The notes beneath the pieces are model-generated. The model made no database searches. It was not told where the DNA came from and was given only the letters and a program-made list of their open reading frames with translations. A DNA stretch of 63,095 nt, the filler included, from Porpidia crustulata (taxonomy: Eukaryota), in assembly GCA_964255105.1 (NCBI GenBank). It is 16 parts of 16 records of this genome, joined end to end, with 100 filler letters (N's around TTAATTAATTAA, not from the genome) between each part and the next. Parts side by side here need not be neighbours in the genome. Positions count along the whole stretch, not along the records: positions 47,456 to 51,295 come from CAXUWE010002215.1; positions 51,396 to 55,232 come from CAXUWE010002216.1; positions 55,333 to 59,164 come from CAXUWE010002217.1; positions 59,265 to 63,095 come from CAXUWE010002218.1; 12 more parts are not named here. One strand, given 5' to 3'. Shown piece by piece: positions 47,715-63,095 of the stretch. The position numbers and the translations under genes are program-made. How positions within the stretch are numbered: the stretch's first letter is position 1; each line of letters starts with the position of its first letter.

Positions 47715-49722
47715 TCACCAATATAGGCGCTCCTTCTTCAGAGCTCCTAATTCGCCATCCTGTCCAATCATGACTTGACCAATTTTCTCGTCAGCCTTTA
47801 TGTCTCCGATCATGAACCTAGAATCCTTCAAAAGCCTAACTCTCTCATCCTCATCTAGATATGAGCCGCCTTCGAGAATGTTTTTCCCATCATTCAGCGT
47901 TAGCGCCGACAGAAAGTTCGTAGAATCGGGCGCCAACCGGACGAAAATTAGGATGGCGGAGGCGATGCTGGTGAACAACATCATCAGAGCCGATACGCAA
48001 AGAAGGGCAAACCAGGGGTCGCTGCCGTGGAGGAACTCCTGGGCGTTCATAGTCGTGACGCTGCTATTCCTGACGGCGCTGAAATTCCCGGTAGAAGTCG
48101 TATGGACCAAGCTCGGGTCGCTAGCGTTGAATCCGCCGGCTGCGTTTGCGAATTGATTATCAACGATCCAGTAGGTGTTTAAGATCTGGCCGAGCCGTCG
48201 TGCCAATGATTGAGAGTCTAGCTGTGTGAGGTCGAAGACGCTATTGGTATTGGAGAGAACATTGTAAGGATTCTGGGACGAGTCCCACAGGTAGGCTTCA
48301 AGGACCCCGTATATGGCGGTGCCCAGATGCTCGACTGGAAAGGCTGCCGTGAGATGAGGAAGGAAATAGGTGTGGAATTGAAACATATCCGACTTAGTGA
48401 CATAGTTCGCGTCCAATGTTGTGTTTCGAATTGCGGTGACATCGCACGATGAAGTTGTGCAGGTCACGTTCAGCTCAACAGGTCTTTGTGTGAGAACGGC
48501 GTCCAGGCGTACTGCGGAAAGAACGTCCATATTGGAGCTATAGTTAAATGTGACGTTCATGGAGTTCTTAATGGATACCATAGACGGCGTAACCTCGAAG
48601 GTGACCGGTATCGACGAAGCTATGTCTGGATTCCAGTTTTGAGGGATAGCAAATTGCCACTGTTGCCCTGCCGCAGTGAAACTTGTTAATTTCGATGAAC
48701 CGTTGTACTCAAATGCTGCCTCGAGTAGAGGTCCCTTAGAACCTTTCTCCCAGAGCGTGGCATTCTCAAACTGCCAGTACCACGACTGCATCATGAAGGT
48801 CATGTTGCCGGCGCCCTGCGGTCTTGAAAAAGGAATTCCTATGAGAGCAGAATACTGCAAATCAGATTGCGGGGGAACCTCTCTCCATCCATCAGCAGTG
48901 TTTGTGTCGTTAGAACCATCCAACAGTGGAATTTTGATGTTTCCCCACGGATCTTGTGGCGCTCGTTCATAGGTATTAATAGAGAGGAAGGAAGACAGGA
49001 ATATAGAGTGGTGAGCAGCTGCTTTGCAGTTTCCACAGTCAGAGTCGAACGTCGTCACGGGGTATGTGTACTGTACTGCATCAGCCAGTCCCGTTGAGAG
49101 TATTCCTCGCTCCTGAAAGATGAATCTCAACGATGCCTGACTTCCCAGTGGCGAGAATGCCCACAGCCCCATGAGTACAGCGGGCAGCCAGTGGGCGCAA
49201 CGAATGCGCAAAGGGGCGATGTATGTACTCCCAAGTGTGGAACCGCGACTCAGGTATGCGAAGCTGAGGCAGTCAACTCCTTTCTCGAGACGCCAAGATA
49301 GAACACCTTGAAGAGTTCTTCCGATGATAAAGGCGAAGATGAAAGGGAAGGCGGTGGCCACCTAGCGGATGTTATTAGCTTCTGAAACTGAGGCATGGGA
49401 AGCATGCGTGTACAATTCGAGCTGTATCCAGGAGCTTTTGCTCTCGAGACCCGAAAGTGTTACCCCTGGCACTGTACCCCAGGACGGCTAAGACAAAGAT
49501 GGCGATGGAAAGTAGCACCGATACAAGATCTATGAGGAGAATTTTGATTATCTGAGATCGAACCCTTAGAGTTCTCGGGCTAGCGTTTTTGGCGTCCTGC
49601 TTTGGCGGGGAGGAATCATCCTCACAGCTCCCCGCTTCGTCCTGGCTTAGATTCAAGGACGCATACGGGGCGTTGCCGTCGTTCGACTGCGAACCAGGAG
49701 CTACCGCAGGCAAATGAGACAT
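47715..49722 (-). CDS. Hypothetical membrane protein with a large N-glycosylation-site-rich luminal domain, 2 exons
   Basis: ORF 49375-49722 splices (GTACAC..CTAG) onto the 548-aa ORF. Hydrophobic segments at both ends; motifs LWAFSPLGSQASLR and QDPWGNIKIP. Confidence 0.75.
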
Positions 49723-50356
49723 AGCGGTCTGAACGAGTGACGTGACGTATTTAATGGACGGCGATTTCTGGAGAATACCTCGCGGGCATAACTGCTACGG
49801 CGCAGATATGAGCACTTTAGCTTTTTTCAATAGCAGATTCGACTGCTGGAATTATGGAAATGCGCGGTCTTACTGTAGAGCCATTTGACCTCAAAATTTG
49901 GAGGCCAAATTACAGCATACACATTCACAATCGACTAGAGATTTGAAAATGAAGTAATAATCGTGGGCTTTTTAAAACCGAAATGATATCGCTGTTTAAC
50001 ATATGGACGTGACAGTGCAGAGCCGCATTTGTGATGCTTGCACTGCCCGGCGACCTCACCTTCAGCTTCTCACCCGAATGGGCCGACCCAATCGCTTTCC
50101 GCAAATCCGACTTAAAATAGTGACGCCGAGGGATGCGTGCCGCCCGACGTCGAGAGCAGGATATTCCAAATCAAACATTTGCACTGCCGTATTGTGTGCA
50201 ATTATATACATCTTTTGTAGTACACGAGAGCCAGGTAAACAGGTGGATTGTCTAATGTAGCTAGGGAGCGTCGTCAACTAACCGTATCTGTTCTGCTAAC
50301 GGTTAGTGGGTGCCTAGACTAAGTCAACTCTAGCGGCTTCTATTATCAGTAGTGTA

Positions 50357-50455
50357 CTCCCACTCACCCCTCAACGGAACACACCCCGCAGCGGAACAGA
50401 AAGCCTAGGGTTAGGGTTACTTTCAATAGTTGTCCCGTTGAGGGGTGAATGCGAG
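50357..50455 (+). mobile_element. Telomere-core MITE, subtype B; full length (99 bp)
   Basis: TA | CTCCCACTCACCCCTCAACGG, a 17-bp subterminal repeat, CTAGGGTTAGGGTTA (50405-50419), then CCGTTGAGGGGTGAATGCGAG | TG. The two TIRs match at 19 of 21 positions. Confidence 0.85.
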
Positions 50456-51065
50456 TGATAAATTCATCATCAGAAGCCTCCCTGATATATCTACAGATAT
50501 TTTAGATAGGATAATTCATCGCTTCTTATATACCAAACAGAGATATAACGCGAGAATCTCTTTCCCAACGCGAAATGTACTATTTTAACCATCCCACAGT
50601 CCTAAAGCTCCGACTCGAAAAGACCAGCCTTGTAAACTTTCGACGCGAAGCTCGTCTATTACCTCCCGAGAAGCTTAGCATCGTTTCCGGCACAAGGCTG
50701 TGGCGCACCGTTGGTAGGCAAAGACACAAAAAAGCCCGGGTTGTTATACGAGGTTGTCAAGGCTATTGACTCCTAGATTGCTCGTTTCTCGCTACTGTTC
50801 ACCCACGTTATTTGGAGCCTCGCGAGCCATGCGAGCTAAAGTTCAGAGAATCAATAATGCGCCATCAAGCCATTGAACATCTAATATGGCCATGGCGGGA
50901 GGAGTAGGGTCGCATAACCTGTTTCTGACTCTCAACTCTCAAATTCTTCTTATGCATTTCCTTCCATCTCATCCTCTGCCTCCTCCTCTTCTTCCTCCTT
51001 CCTCTTCTTCCTCCTCCTTCTCCTCCTCCACTACCCACATTGTCCTTCCTCATCTCAACCCAACC

Positions 51066-51295
51066 ATGTATTCCCTCCCTTCCCTCCTAGCACTTGCTGC
51101 CTCCTTCGCCGTCACCGTCGCTGCCACTTGCAATCGTGACAACTGCCTCCGCGCCCTCGTAGCCTACGAGCGCACTGCCGACGGCACCTTTTGCAACGAA
51201 TACCTCGCTACACCGTAACGCCTACCCCCTCCATTTTCCCCCGTCTCCTCATCCCCAATCCCACAAATCATTGACACATCCCCCCGGTTCAGCAC
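51066..51295 (+). CDS. Secreted protein with a CNRDNCLRAL..FC motif; 3' truncated
   Basis: MYSLPSLLALAASFAVTVAATCNRDNCLRALVAYERTADGTFCNEYL followed by an intron. Confidence 0.75.
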
Positions 51296-51784
51296 NNNNN
51301 NNNNNNNNNNNNNNNNNNNNNNNNNNNNNNNNNNNNNNNTTAATTAATTAANNNNNNNNNNNNNNNNNNNNNNNNNNNNNNNNNNNNNNNNNNNNCCCTT
51401 TCCCCCTATTGCCGCTGCAGATGCTCACCGCTTCTCTATCCCTGAAACGTGTGCAGTGCGTCTCAATGGCCAGCACAACAGTACATCTCAGGTGCATCCT
51501 TTGACCTCATATGGCGTTTAACATGCTCCGACCTATATATTGCGATATCTCTTCACATGACGATGAATCGATGAATCCCGTCGTCCCTGCCAAAGACTTG
51601 TCCGCTCTCCGCCGTAGACGGCCACTCTCTCGCAGGTGCCGCCTTAGTTCTAAAGTCTAACAGCAATTTACGTAATTGACCAACCGGGAGAGCTTCTTCA
51701 AAAATTTATTCCAGTGCGAGACTTACTTGAAGACTGCGCTTTAAGACTCCGATTGCAGAGAAAGGAGATCGTTTAATTGCAGTG

Positions 51785-52551
51785 ATGCCAGCGCCTCCTA
51801 AGCAACGCAAGATGGCCATTGTCGGCAGTCGATCCGTCGGTGAGCTGCAATGTGTATACATACGACCTCACGGAAGTTGACGAGAGCAGGCAAATCGTCG
51901 CTGACGGTGCAATTCGTCGACGGGCACTTCGTGGAGAGCTACTACCCCACGATTGAGAATACATTCAGCAAAGTCATCAAATACAGAGGTCAAGACTTCG
52001 CGACTGAAATAGTCGATACGGCGGGTCAGGTAAGCGCTCGCTCTGGCCAGGCCTGCCCGTGTCCCAAAACGGCTTGCTGCAGCTATCGATCACCTGACGT
52101 GCCATGCGCCATGTGCCCTGTAGGACGAATACAGCATCCTGAATTCGAAACACTTCATCGGCATACACGGCTACTTATTGGTCTACTCAGTGGCTTCGAA
52201 GCAATCCTACGATATGATACGGATTCTGAGGGACAAGATACTCAACCATCTAGTGCGTATCATTCCTTGCCCATACTCCGCTACCGAGCCCAAAGCTGAC
52301 CGAATTGCCAGGGCGCCGACTGGGTCCCGCTAATGATTGTTGGCAACAAGAGCGATCTCAGATCGGAGCAACGCCAAGTTCCCGTCGACGAAGGAAGGAA
52401 GTTGGCAGAAGAATTCAATTGCGGCTTCACTGAGGCCAGCGCACGGTTGAACACCAACGTTGCCAGAGCCTTCGAACAAATGATCGCCGAGATCGAAAAG
52501 TCTCAGAATCCGGGCCAACCGACTGGAGGCGGTAAATGTGTCTTGATGTGA
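51785..52551 (+). CDS. RHB1: Rheb small GTPase, 4 exons
   Basis: GSRSVGKSS, ESYYPTIENTF, DTAGQDEY, VGNKSDL and a C-terminal CAAX box CVLM. Confidence 0.96.
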
Positions 52552-53147
52552 TGATCCAGGTGATCTTCCTTACTGTGAGATGGGCAGTAATGAACTTGCC
52601 CTTAGCTGTCAAAGTTACATTTCTTTCGAAGGGAGGTGCGCGGCGTTTATAGACTGGAGCTGCATCTTTCGAATCGGACATTTGTATGATTAATTGTATT
52701 ACGACTTTTCGGATTTTTTGGGTGGTGAGCCTGATCGTCATTAGAAAGCTGGCGTTGGAGAAGACTGGTCTTGGCCAAGCATCGATCCCTGGTACCGGAT
52801 CGACCAATGGTACTGGCTGATGCTGTCGACAGAAATCATTCGAAACCTTGCAATTATTAGCTGGTCAAGTTTTCTGTAGCATTTTCTTAGGACATGTCAA
52901 GGATCGCTAGCGTAGGTACGTTCCCCACGTCCCGCAAATGCTTGATTTACTAGTCGTCTCCACTTTTACCTTAATCCCTGACTCAAATCAGCCCTATCAT
53001 CTCCTCGCCCACGATGAGTCCTATCCATTCAATTCACGCTATTCGAATTTCCACCATCGCAGCTTCATCTTTATTTTGAATTATTCACCGAGCTATCGGT
53101 GGGACCAAGTGGTATTTACTTCCAGGCCGAAACAACATCATATCAGT

Positions 53148-54908
<1,761 letters not shown>

Positions 54909-56496
54909 GATTTGTAGTCATAGGGTAAGCAAGCGCTGCAACGATAAATGCTAAATGTCCTAGACATAGACCTGTCTATGACCTCTGGATATGCCGACAC
55001 ATGCTGTATGAGATGTGTCCGTAATCCGAATATCAATGCGATCGAGTCAGAGCAAACAGTAGGCAGAAGCTGGGCATTGGCTTGGCGAACATGTCAGGGC
55101 CAATCTGCATGCGCCAAGCCAAACCACGGACGAATGATGTGATAGAAGCCACCGTATTTATTATGGGTCACAATAATGATACACCACCCTACCCTACCCG
55201 TACACCACCCTTTCAATACCCGTACACCACCCNNNNNNNNNNNNNNNNNNNNNNNNNNNNNNNNNNNNNNNNNNNNTTAATTAATTAANNNNNNNNNNNN
55301 NNNNNNNNNNNNNNNNNNNNNNNNNNNNNNNNCTCCCTTCCTCCTCCCCCCCACACCACTAAAGCCACCATTGGGGCGGTCAAGCGACATTAGTTATTCG
55401 GAACCAGACGAACTTTCATCTTCCGACAATAGCATCCCTGCATCGACCATACTGCTCCAAACCCTGACCTCAACCTCAACCCACGATAATCAACCCCGTC
55501 GACTTACTCTTTGTTCTCGGCCGGTTCATTGTTACCTCATTGTGCCCGAAACCTCCCTCCCTCTGCTGTCTTTTGACCTGGTGATGTAGAATTCGGCACC
55601 ACATTGGCCACAGTATTCTTCACGTATCCCAAGCTTTGCTACGCTGCATGTAGTAAGACCTTTGACGCTGGACGTCGACCTGTGCTATCAGCGTTTGTGG
55701 GCCGCTGCTCAAGTTCGCCCACGCTGTCTTAGGCCACTCGATCACTGAGACAGCAAGATTCGAAAGCCTCATCTCCCGGGATCACACGTTAAACGGGGCC
55801 GCGTGGCTTGCGGACACGCTGATGATGTAAATTGGGTATTCTCTGTGACCTGGCTGATTTAAGCAGGACCTTTTGATTTTCGGACCGTGAGTAAGCCCTT
55901 TGTCAATCATGGCTGCATGCAAATTTTCTTCTGGGGATGGAAGCTGCAAATCTTTTTGCCTCGTGTGAAGTTGGTTCTGGGTAGTCTATCCATACTTAAT
56001 GCTTCTGTCTGCTATTCCTTGGTCGTATTGATTGAACGTATGAAGCTGATAATAGACGATTGGGTTAGTCTTTCATTATCCTATCCGGCCATACCTATCT
56101 CCGCGTACCTACAACAACTTTACAGCAAGACCTTACTTTTTATCTGGTGATGAATTAGAACCGAATGGTGTCTTGCATACTTAGCGCCCCTCCTAGACTT
56201 CGATCGCCTATACGTGTATCTTCGGTTTTGGGAATAGGGAAGATCTATCAAATACGACCATAGCTGCTATGAGCTTGGCATCCCAGTGACCATTCGGGCC
56301 ACGGCGTGCATGTGTGATAGCGCGCATGCAAGGCTACTCAAGAAACATAAATTTATACAAAGCTGTCTCCACAGGATTGTTGGCTATTTGGAAGAGGCTA
56401 TCTTCGACGATTAATTTGTCATTTTGAACGATACGCGAGAAGTCTCGAAGAAGTATTCAAAGTCTGTCCAGAGAAATAGGGACAGAGCTTAAGAAG

Positions 56497-58684
56497 ATGT
56501 CAGAACGGGCTTCTCTGTCGCTGGTGATGCCAAGCAACAAATCACCTATAAGTAGTACTATCACAACGCCCTCTGATCCTGGAAGTAGATCATCTTCACC
56601 TGATGGCCAAAGACTCACACAATCGCTGTCGGAAGCAAAGTCGCAGAGAGATGAACTTGCCAACCGGAGCTTCCTTAATCATGCACTCAAATCTCCCCAA
56701 AACCCTGTGCAGACATCCGCACAACAACATGCTGAAACATCGGCGCCAATACCATCTAATGAATCAAGATCACCGATCCTCACCTCACTTCCTCAGCTTC
56801 CCCAATCACCTAAGAGTGGTCCTAAGCACACCCGGGACCAATCTAAATCATTTTTCGCCAACCTCAAGGCATCAAAGTCCTCCAACCGAGTCTATCAAGT
56901 GGAACCAACAATCCGTCAGGTCTCAGAAGATACCTCAAGAAGCAAAGGCACCTCTAAAGAAAACATACTCTACTCGATGCGTAAAAGCCCAGGATCAACA
57001 CCTGATCTTAGTCTATCCGCATTCAATAATAGCTCACCAGAAGTGCCTGATGGTAAGCTATAGTGTTCCATTCACTCAATCCAATCTCCCATTTGTCTTG
57101 TCTCGATCTAACTAATCTTGCAGATCTAGAAATCCAGCCTGCAGGACATACATTCACTCGACTTTCTGCAGGTACGTCCGTACTATCAGACAGTGCAGTG
57201 AGCGCGACTTCATCAGAAGGTGCGAGTAAGAGGCGTAACAAACCAAGCTTTGCAGCATTGTTGACAAGAACACGTTCAATCAAAATGGATGACGCCGCAG
57301 GTCGACGGTCTCAGCCCACGACTCCGAGCCCCATCAAGGTGTCTGACTATCCGAATCAGAATGATGCAATAATAGAATCAGGAGGTATGAGGACTGCACC
57401 TTTACAACATAACAACGGCCACTCCTTTCCTGACGTCGGCCAAACTACTATACGCAATCGCTCCGCTGACCGACAAACTTCCTTCAAAAATCAATCTACC
57501 GTTACCCTGACTTCTGTGAACAAAGATCCAGCCCTCGGCTCTACAGTAAATATTTCACATGCACGTGAAAACAACGGATCCCATCTATTCGCCAACCTCA
57601 AGAATTCTTCATCCAAAGCTGCCGGTGGATTAGGAAAGGCAGGTAAAGGCATTTTTAGTAAGATGACCCGAAGTGGTAGCAGTACTGGAAGAGATACGTT
57701 AGACGATCTAGAATACCGCTTCAAAGTTATCATTCTACCTCTGGTGGAACAAACCCGAAAGACGCGAATAGCTAAGCGACTTGAAGATTCCAAGGACAAG
57801 ACAGAATTTTGGATGCCTGCTTTACCCTGGAGATGCATTGAGTAAGTAAGACTGCCGGCATCCACTTGCGTTGTCTCTAATTATGTATAGCTATCTCAAC
57901 TTTCGAGGCTGTGACGTAGAAGGTCTCTATCGAGTGCCTGGAGGAATGTCAAGAGTCAAAGAGTATCAGAAACGATTCGACAAAGGTTGACCAACCCCCT
58001 GCATACATAGATCGCCGCTGACAACTACCAGAGGGCGATATCGATCTGTTCGATGAGCCTGACCTTTACGATATCAACATCATCGGCTCTATGTTCAAAA
58101 CATGGCTCCGCGATCTCCCTGACGAAATTCTTCCCAAATCCATCCAATCCCGCATCGCTATGGAGTGCGCCGGCGCCACTGAAGTCCCGCAAATGCTCAA
58201 GGACGAGCTCTCCAACCTACCACCTTGGAATTACTATCTTCTATTCGCTATCACCTGCCATCTAAGTCTCCTACACGCATACGTCGACAAGAATCGGATG
58301 GATTACAAAAACTTGTGCATCTGTTTCCAGCCCTGCCTCGGGATCGAAAGCTTCTGCTTCCAATTCCTGGTCTGCGATTGGCGAAACTGCTGGCAGGGCT
58401 GCAGAACGGAGAAAGACGCGCTGGTGGAGGAGTATCGGACCCTTGAATGCCTCCACTCGAGCAGTGGCGAGAGCACGTCTGGCGGGTCGACGGCGGTGGC
58501 CGAGGAGCGCCACTTGGCGTCCTCGCACAGTCGCTTCCAGAATCAAGACAACGCTCGGCCACCGCCTCTTTCCTTGACACAGCCAAGCAACGAGCACCTT
58601 CTCCCCCAGGCCCGGGGCAACACGCATTTACCAGAGCTAGCGCCTGTGGCGCCGATGTCTCCTATTGGGTCCATCGAACACTGA
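56497..58684 (+). CDS. RhoGAP-domain protein, 4 coding exons
   Basis: Ser-rich N-terminus, FWMPALPWRCI, EGLYRVPG (arginine finger), FKTWLRDLP, KNRMDYKNLCICFQP. Confidence 0.88.
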
Positions 58685-60453
58685 AGGCCAGGGACATTGA
58701 CCACGGACGCTTGTTGGCAAGCTGTTCACTAGGAAGCTTTTCCCCATGCCGCGGACGACCCTCGCCCAAAGGAACCTCGTCCGTCCAGCTCAACACCTCA
58801 ACCTCCGCCCGTCGGTCCGCGCACCACCCCCTCCCCCCGAAAGGGGATAATTTTGTTCGTGTCCGTCATATTTTCTCAGATTGGAGAAATCTAGCTAGCG
58901 GTCTGCAATTTTTTCCCCGCTTTTCTGTTCAGCGAAACGAGCGACGGAGCATCTGGGATACGGGAAGCGTGTACGATAGTCCGGGATCATCGATCAGCGA
59001 TACGGTTAGGTAGATGGAAACGTCCCACGACGTTCGGATGAATGCGATTGTTTCGATGCTATTCATCTACATATTTGCATCCCGTTCGTTCCCAAGTCCG
59101 CAAAACCTCAGAACAATTCTCTCCATCTCCCCTCGTCCCATCCCATTCCATCCCACTTACATGCNNNNNNNNNNNNNNNNNNNNNNNNNNNNNNNNNNNN
59201 NNNNNNNNTTAATTAATTAANNNNNNNNNNNNNNNNNNNNNNNNNNNNNNNNNNNNNNNNNNNNCCCCGTCTCCGCAAACCGGAATCCCCCAGTACCGGC
59301 CCAAACCCCCTCCTTGAAATTCAGCGCGCTCTCCAACCCCTCTCCATGCCTGCCAATGTCAAATTCCTGCATCTCCGGCGGCATCAGGTTGCCCCGACCG
59401 AGTTCGGGCGTCGGGTTCCGTGGCGGTGGGGAGCTGGGCTTGTGCTGGCGTTTTGTCGGTTGCGAGGCTGCGGGATCAGCGGTGGCGGTTCGTTTTTCTG
59501 CGGTGGTGCTGGGGTTTTGGGGCGATTTTGCGGGTCGGCGAGGCATGGAGATGTGGTGGGGGTTGGGTTTGGTTGAATGGAGTGAGTGGGAGTAGTGGGA
59601 TAGTAGTCGTTGTGTTTGATCTTTGAAGAGTGGTGGGTCTCGGGGTTCTCTCGTGGTGTTACGGTGGTCGAGAGGGCAGCGGCTTCGGTGGGTGTCGGCA
59701 GATTTCAGTTCCCTAAGATGTTTGCAGGGGCAAGGTTCGCCTTTGTGACTGCAATTGGTGCCAGATCATCCTGCTCTTTGTGTTGCTTTTGCGTTTGCGG
59801 ATAGCTCAGTCCCGGCAGATGCCGTGGAATGTGACCAATGCATGAGGCAAAACGGATCCAAAAATCATTTGAGATACTAACGTGAGGATTGGCGTAAACG
59901 ATCACGATCTTCTAATTGAAAAGGCTTACAATTGATGAAGTCAACGTTGATATTTTTTTTCGGAACCTGAAAGAAACCGAGACTTCTATATCAGTCTGAA
60001 ATTCAATTTCGCAATCTTCAATATCGTATTCTAAGTTTCGAGAAGAAGCGAGGCTGGCCCAAAAAAGCGTGAGCACTATCCTTCGGACACGACCTGGAGC
60101 ACAACATCTTCTGAGCCATAACTGGAAAGCAGAAGCAGCAGATGAAGGCATGTAACCAAAATGAGGAGAAACAAGGTACGCTGCCGCGGTAAAGACTATG
60201 CCATACAAGGTGCGGCCATCGTGAGGTTTGAATAAACGGTAGGCAGATCCAATGCAGAAATCTAGGTTGCAATTGCGAGTAACGTAAACAGTGATTCCCT
60301 AGAGACACTGAAGCAGGGACGTCAATATCAAAATCTCAGTGGCTCAGACATCCTCTCGGAAATAGCAGAAAACGGCAATTCGCATCAACTTTGGATTACC
60401 CACACAGATGTGTTGTCTATCGTGTGTTCGCACTGAATATCGCGACCATCGAG

Positions 60454-60489
60454 AGCTTCCAGCGAAGCCTCCAGCGAAGCCTCCAGCGA
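60454..60489. repeat. 12-bp tandem repeat, three copies (AGCYTCCAGCGA)
   Basis: Direct reading: agcttccagcga agcctccagcga agcctccagcga. Confidence 0.85.
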
Positions 60490-61325
60490 AACGAGATGGA
60501 TGAAGCCAAAGGATATCGTTGCGGCAATCGTTGGACATGTGTAGAGGCACGGGCAATGGGAGGAGGTCCTAGACAGTGACAATGAGAAGCAATTGAAAAG
60601 ATGGTCGCTGCAAGATGAACATATGCTAATATATAGAACTTCACAGTGAGATCATAATGGAGCTATATACCTTGCTGCTACCCAATTCTTTCTTCTTGAG
60701 AATATTCTGAGCCAGGAGAAACCAGAAGATAGTATTTCAGTGCTGAACGCTCGACAAATCATGTACATGGGGAGTAGACGTTGATGAACGATTATGCTCG
60801 GTCAATTGCCCTCCCTGTGTTGATGCTCCTGATGCTCCTGATGCAGTACTCGTGGTTCGGCTTTCGCTGTTCGCTTTCCGCTTTCCGTGTACGACATGCA
60901 CTCGAATTTCACTCCATCCTGATTGATTTCAGTTTCCTCACAACATCACCGCCAATCTCTCAGATGAAAAGCTCCTGCGACGTTGACCACTATGGAGCAA
61001 CGGGCTTTATCCGCACCGGTTCTCCGAGGACGCTTAAGTCCGGCTCGATATCACGTCGATAAGACTTAAATCCGCCGTCATGCCGTCATCACCAACGAAA
61101 GTCTCGTCAGTCTAGCCGATAAAGGAGTAATGCGACGAGTCGCTATGACAGACGTGTGCGCGTTGGAGGTGCCTAATCGCACGTCAAAATCTCATCTATA
61201 TAGCTCTCGTTGTTCATGCTGTCTTGCGTTTCTGGCCTAATTACGACCTTATATATATCATTCAAATTAAATTGAAGCCAAAACAAAAGTTTTCGAACCC
61301 GCACGACAGTCCCCAGCCCGATACG

Positions 61326-62406
61326 ATGGTTGCCCTAGCTCAATTCCTAGAGTTCCTCAGGAGCCAATTCACATCCATCCCATACCCCGCGACCGATTTC
61401 GCCGGCCAAACCGTCATCGTAACGGGCAGCAACACTGGCCTTGGCCTCGAAGCAGCCCGTCATTTCGCACGCATGAACGCAGAGAAAGTCATCATGGCCG
61501 TCAGGAACCTGAAAAAAGGCGAGGCCGCAAAGAGGTCAATTGAGGAGACAACGGGTAGGAAAGGTGTCCTTGAGGTTTGGCAGCTGGACCTGTCAAGCTA
61601 CGCATCGGTCAAGGAGTTTGTGAGGAAAGCGGAGAGCTTGAAGCGCTTGGATGCTGTCGTGGAGAATGCTGGCATTGCTACAGACAAGTATACCGTCTTC
61701 GAGGATAACGAGTCGACCATTACGACAAACGTCGTCAGTACCTTTCTCTTGGGTCTCATGATCCTACCTAAGCTTCGAGAATCATCAATGAAATACAACA
61801 CGACGCCGCATCTTGTCATCGTCAGCTCCGAGGTCCACGGCTTTACACCGTTCAAGGAGCAGGACAGCTCTAATATTTTCCAAACCTTGAACGACAAAGA
61901 GACTGCCAACATGACAGACCGGTAAGACCAAGTCTCCCAGAACTTTAATACCCTTCTGATCCACACCCAGATACAACGTCTCCAAACTCCTCGAGGTCTT
62001 CTACTGCCGCGAGCTCGCCGACAAAATGAAGCAAAGCAAAAAACCAGACGTCATCCTCAACTTCGTCAACCCCGGCCTCTGCCACTCCGAGCTGGCCCGA
62101 GACGCCCCCTACTTCTTCACCGTCATCAAGTTCTTCCTTGCCAGAACGACCGAGGTCGGCAGCCGGACGCTGGTCAATGCCGTCGAGTCGGGTCCCGAGA
62201 GCCACGGGCAATACATGAGTAATAGTCAGGTAGCGACGTAAGTTTATTTATAAATCATTTCGTGGAGAGAATTGCATGCTGATTTGAGGTCTAGTCCGGC
62301 GCCGCTGGTCGGCAGCGAAAAGGGGAACAAGGCGCAGAAGAAGGTGTGGGAGGAGCTGTCCCAGAAGCTGGAGAAGATCCAACCGGGTATCATGGCGAAT
62401 GTTTGA
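61326..62406 (+). CDS. Short-chain dehydrogenase/reductase (retinol dehydrogenase/WWOX-like), 3 exons
   Basis: VTGSNTGLG, LDLSS, ENAG, spliced catalytic YNVSK, VNPGLCHSEL. Confidence 0.92.
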
Positions 62407-63095
62407 GCGTTGATTCCTTTCTTGTTTTCCTTCCTCCCCAGCGATATATCAGTATACGGTTCTATTGTTCCAAGCGCTGACTCGCTGTACATATATATAT
62501 CTATATATAGAGAGGGTTCAAAGTTTAGACTGATGACTACCTCTTTTGAAAAGCTATAACTTCTTCGTCTTTCGATATCGAGAGTAATAACTTGCTCTCT
62601 GGCTTAGCCTTCGACTGTTTATAGTAATGCTTTTGACCTTGTTGAAAGATTGTCGAGCTTTGAAGTTCTAAATCTTCGAGGGTGATGAACGAGATAGTTG
62701 AAGATAATGTACATATATGAGAACATTATTATCTTTAATAAAGGTTATGCTGTTGATAAAGATCTCGTTACTTGACAGATAATAATAGTAATTGTGATGG
62801 GTTAGACCCATTAATTGGATTAGGTACTACGTACTTGCATTCTCGATACGGAATTCCTTCCGCTCAGAAGCCGATCCCAAAAGGAGGTTTTCGCGACAGA
62901 ATTCCTTTCCCTCCTTAAGTTATTCTCCTTGTATTATAGGCTTAGTCTAGTCAATTGATATAGTTCACTACGACCCCTCACAATATGCCCGTATGACTAG
63001 GGGTTGACTGCAGTGAACTTGTAACGGATGATGTAGACTGATGAAGGATAGCGGATGCGCTAGCAGAGTTTTCCTTAAGAAGCTCTGCCGCTCCC

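Noticed and set aside
59800..60644. Possible minus-strand secreted or membrane gene (MKFYILAYVHL...)
   Set aside because: I could not assemble a consistent spliced reading frame, so it is left uncalled.

Overview
This window is not one locus. It is 16 unrelated ~3.83-3.87 kb contigs of a filamentous ascomycete (Pezizomycotina-type introns and genes), joined in decreasing-length order by artificial 100-bp spacers (N44-TTAATTAATTAA-N44). Recognisable genes include QNS1, a QDE2-like Argonaute, a HeLo-like-domain protein, UNG1, an STK19-like protein, DGA1, MRPS9, eEF1B-gamma with an intronic snR38-like snoRNA, ELP1, a DPP1-type phosphatase, an MFS transporter, HDA1, ADE8, RHB1, SES1, a RhoGAP and an SDR. 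There are also three apparent pseudogenes. The most striking unexplained structure is a family of ~95-bp TA-flanked inverted-repeat elements (MITE-like; 21-bp TIR, consensus CTCGTTCTCACCCCTCAACGG) that each carry a telomere-repeat core, CTAGGGTTAGGGTT. They occur at four loci on four independent contigs, always between divergently transcribed genes, and one locus appears nested. Coordinates were read by eye and family names were assigned from remembered motifs, not database searches.
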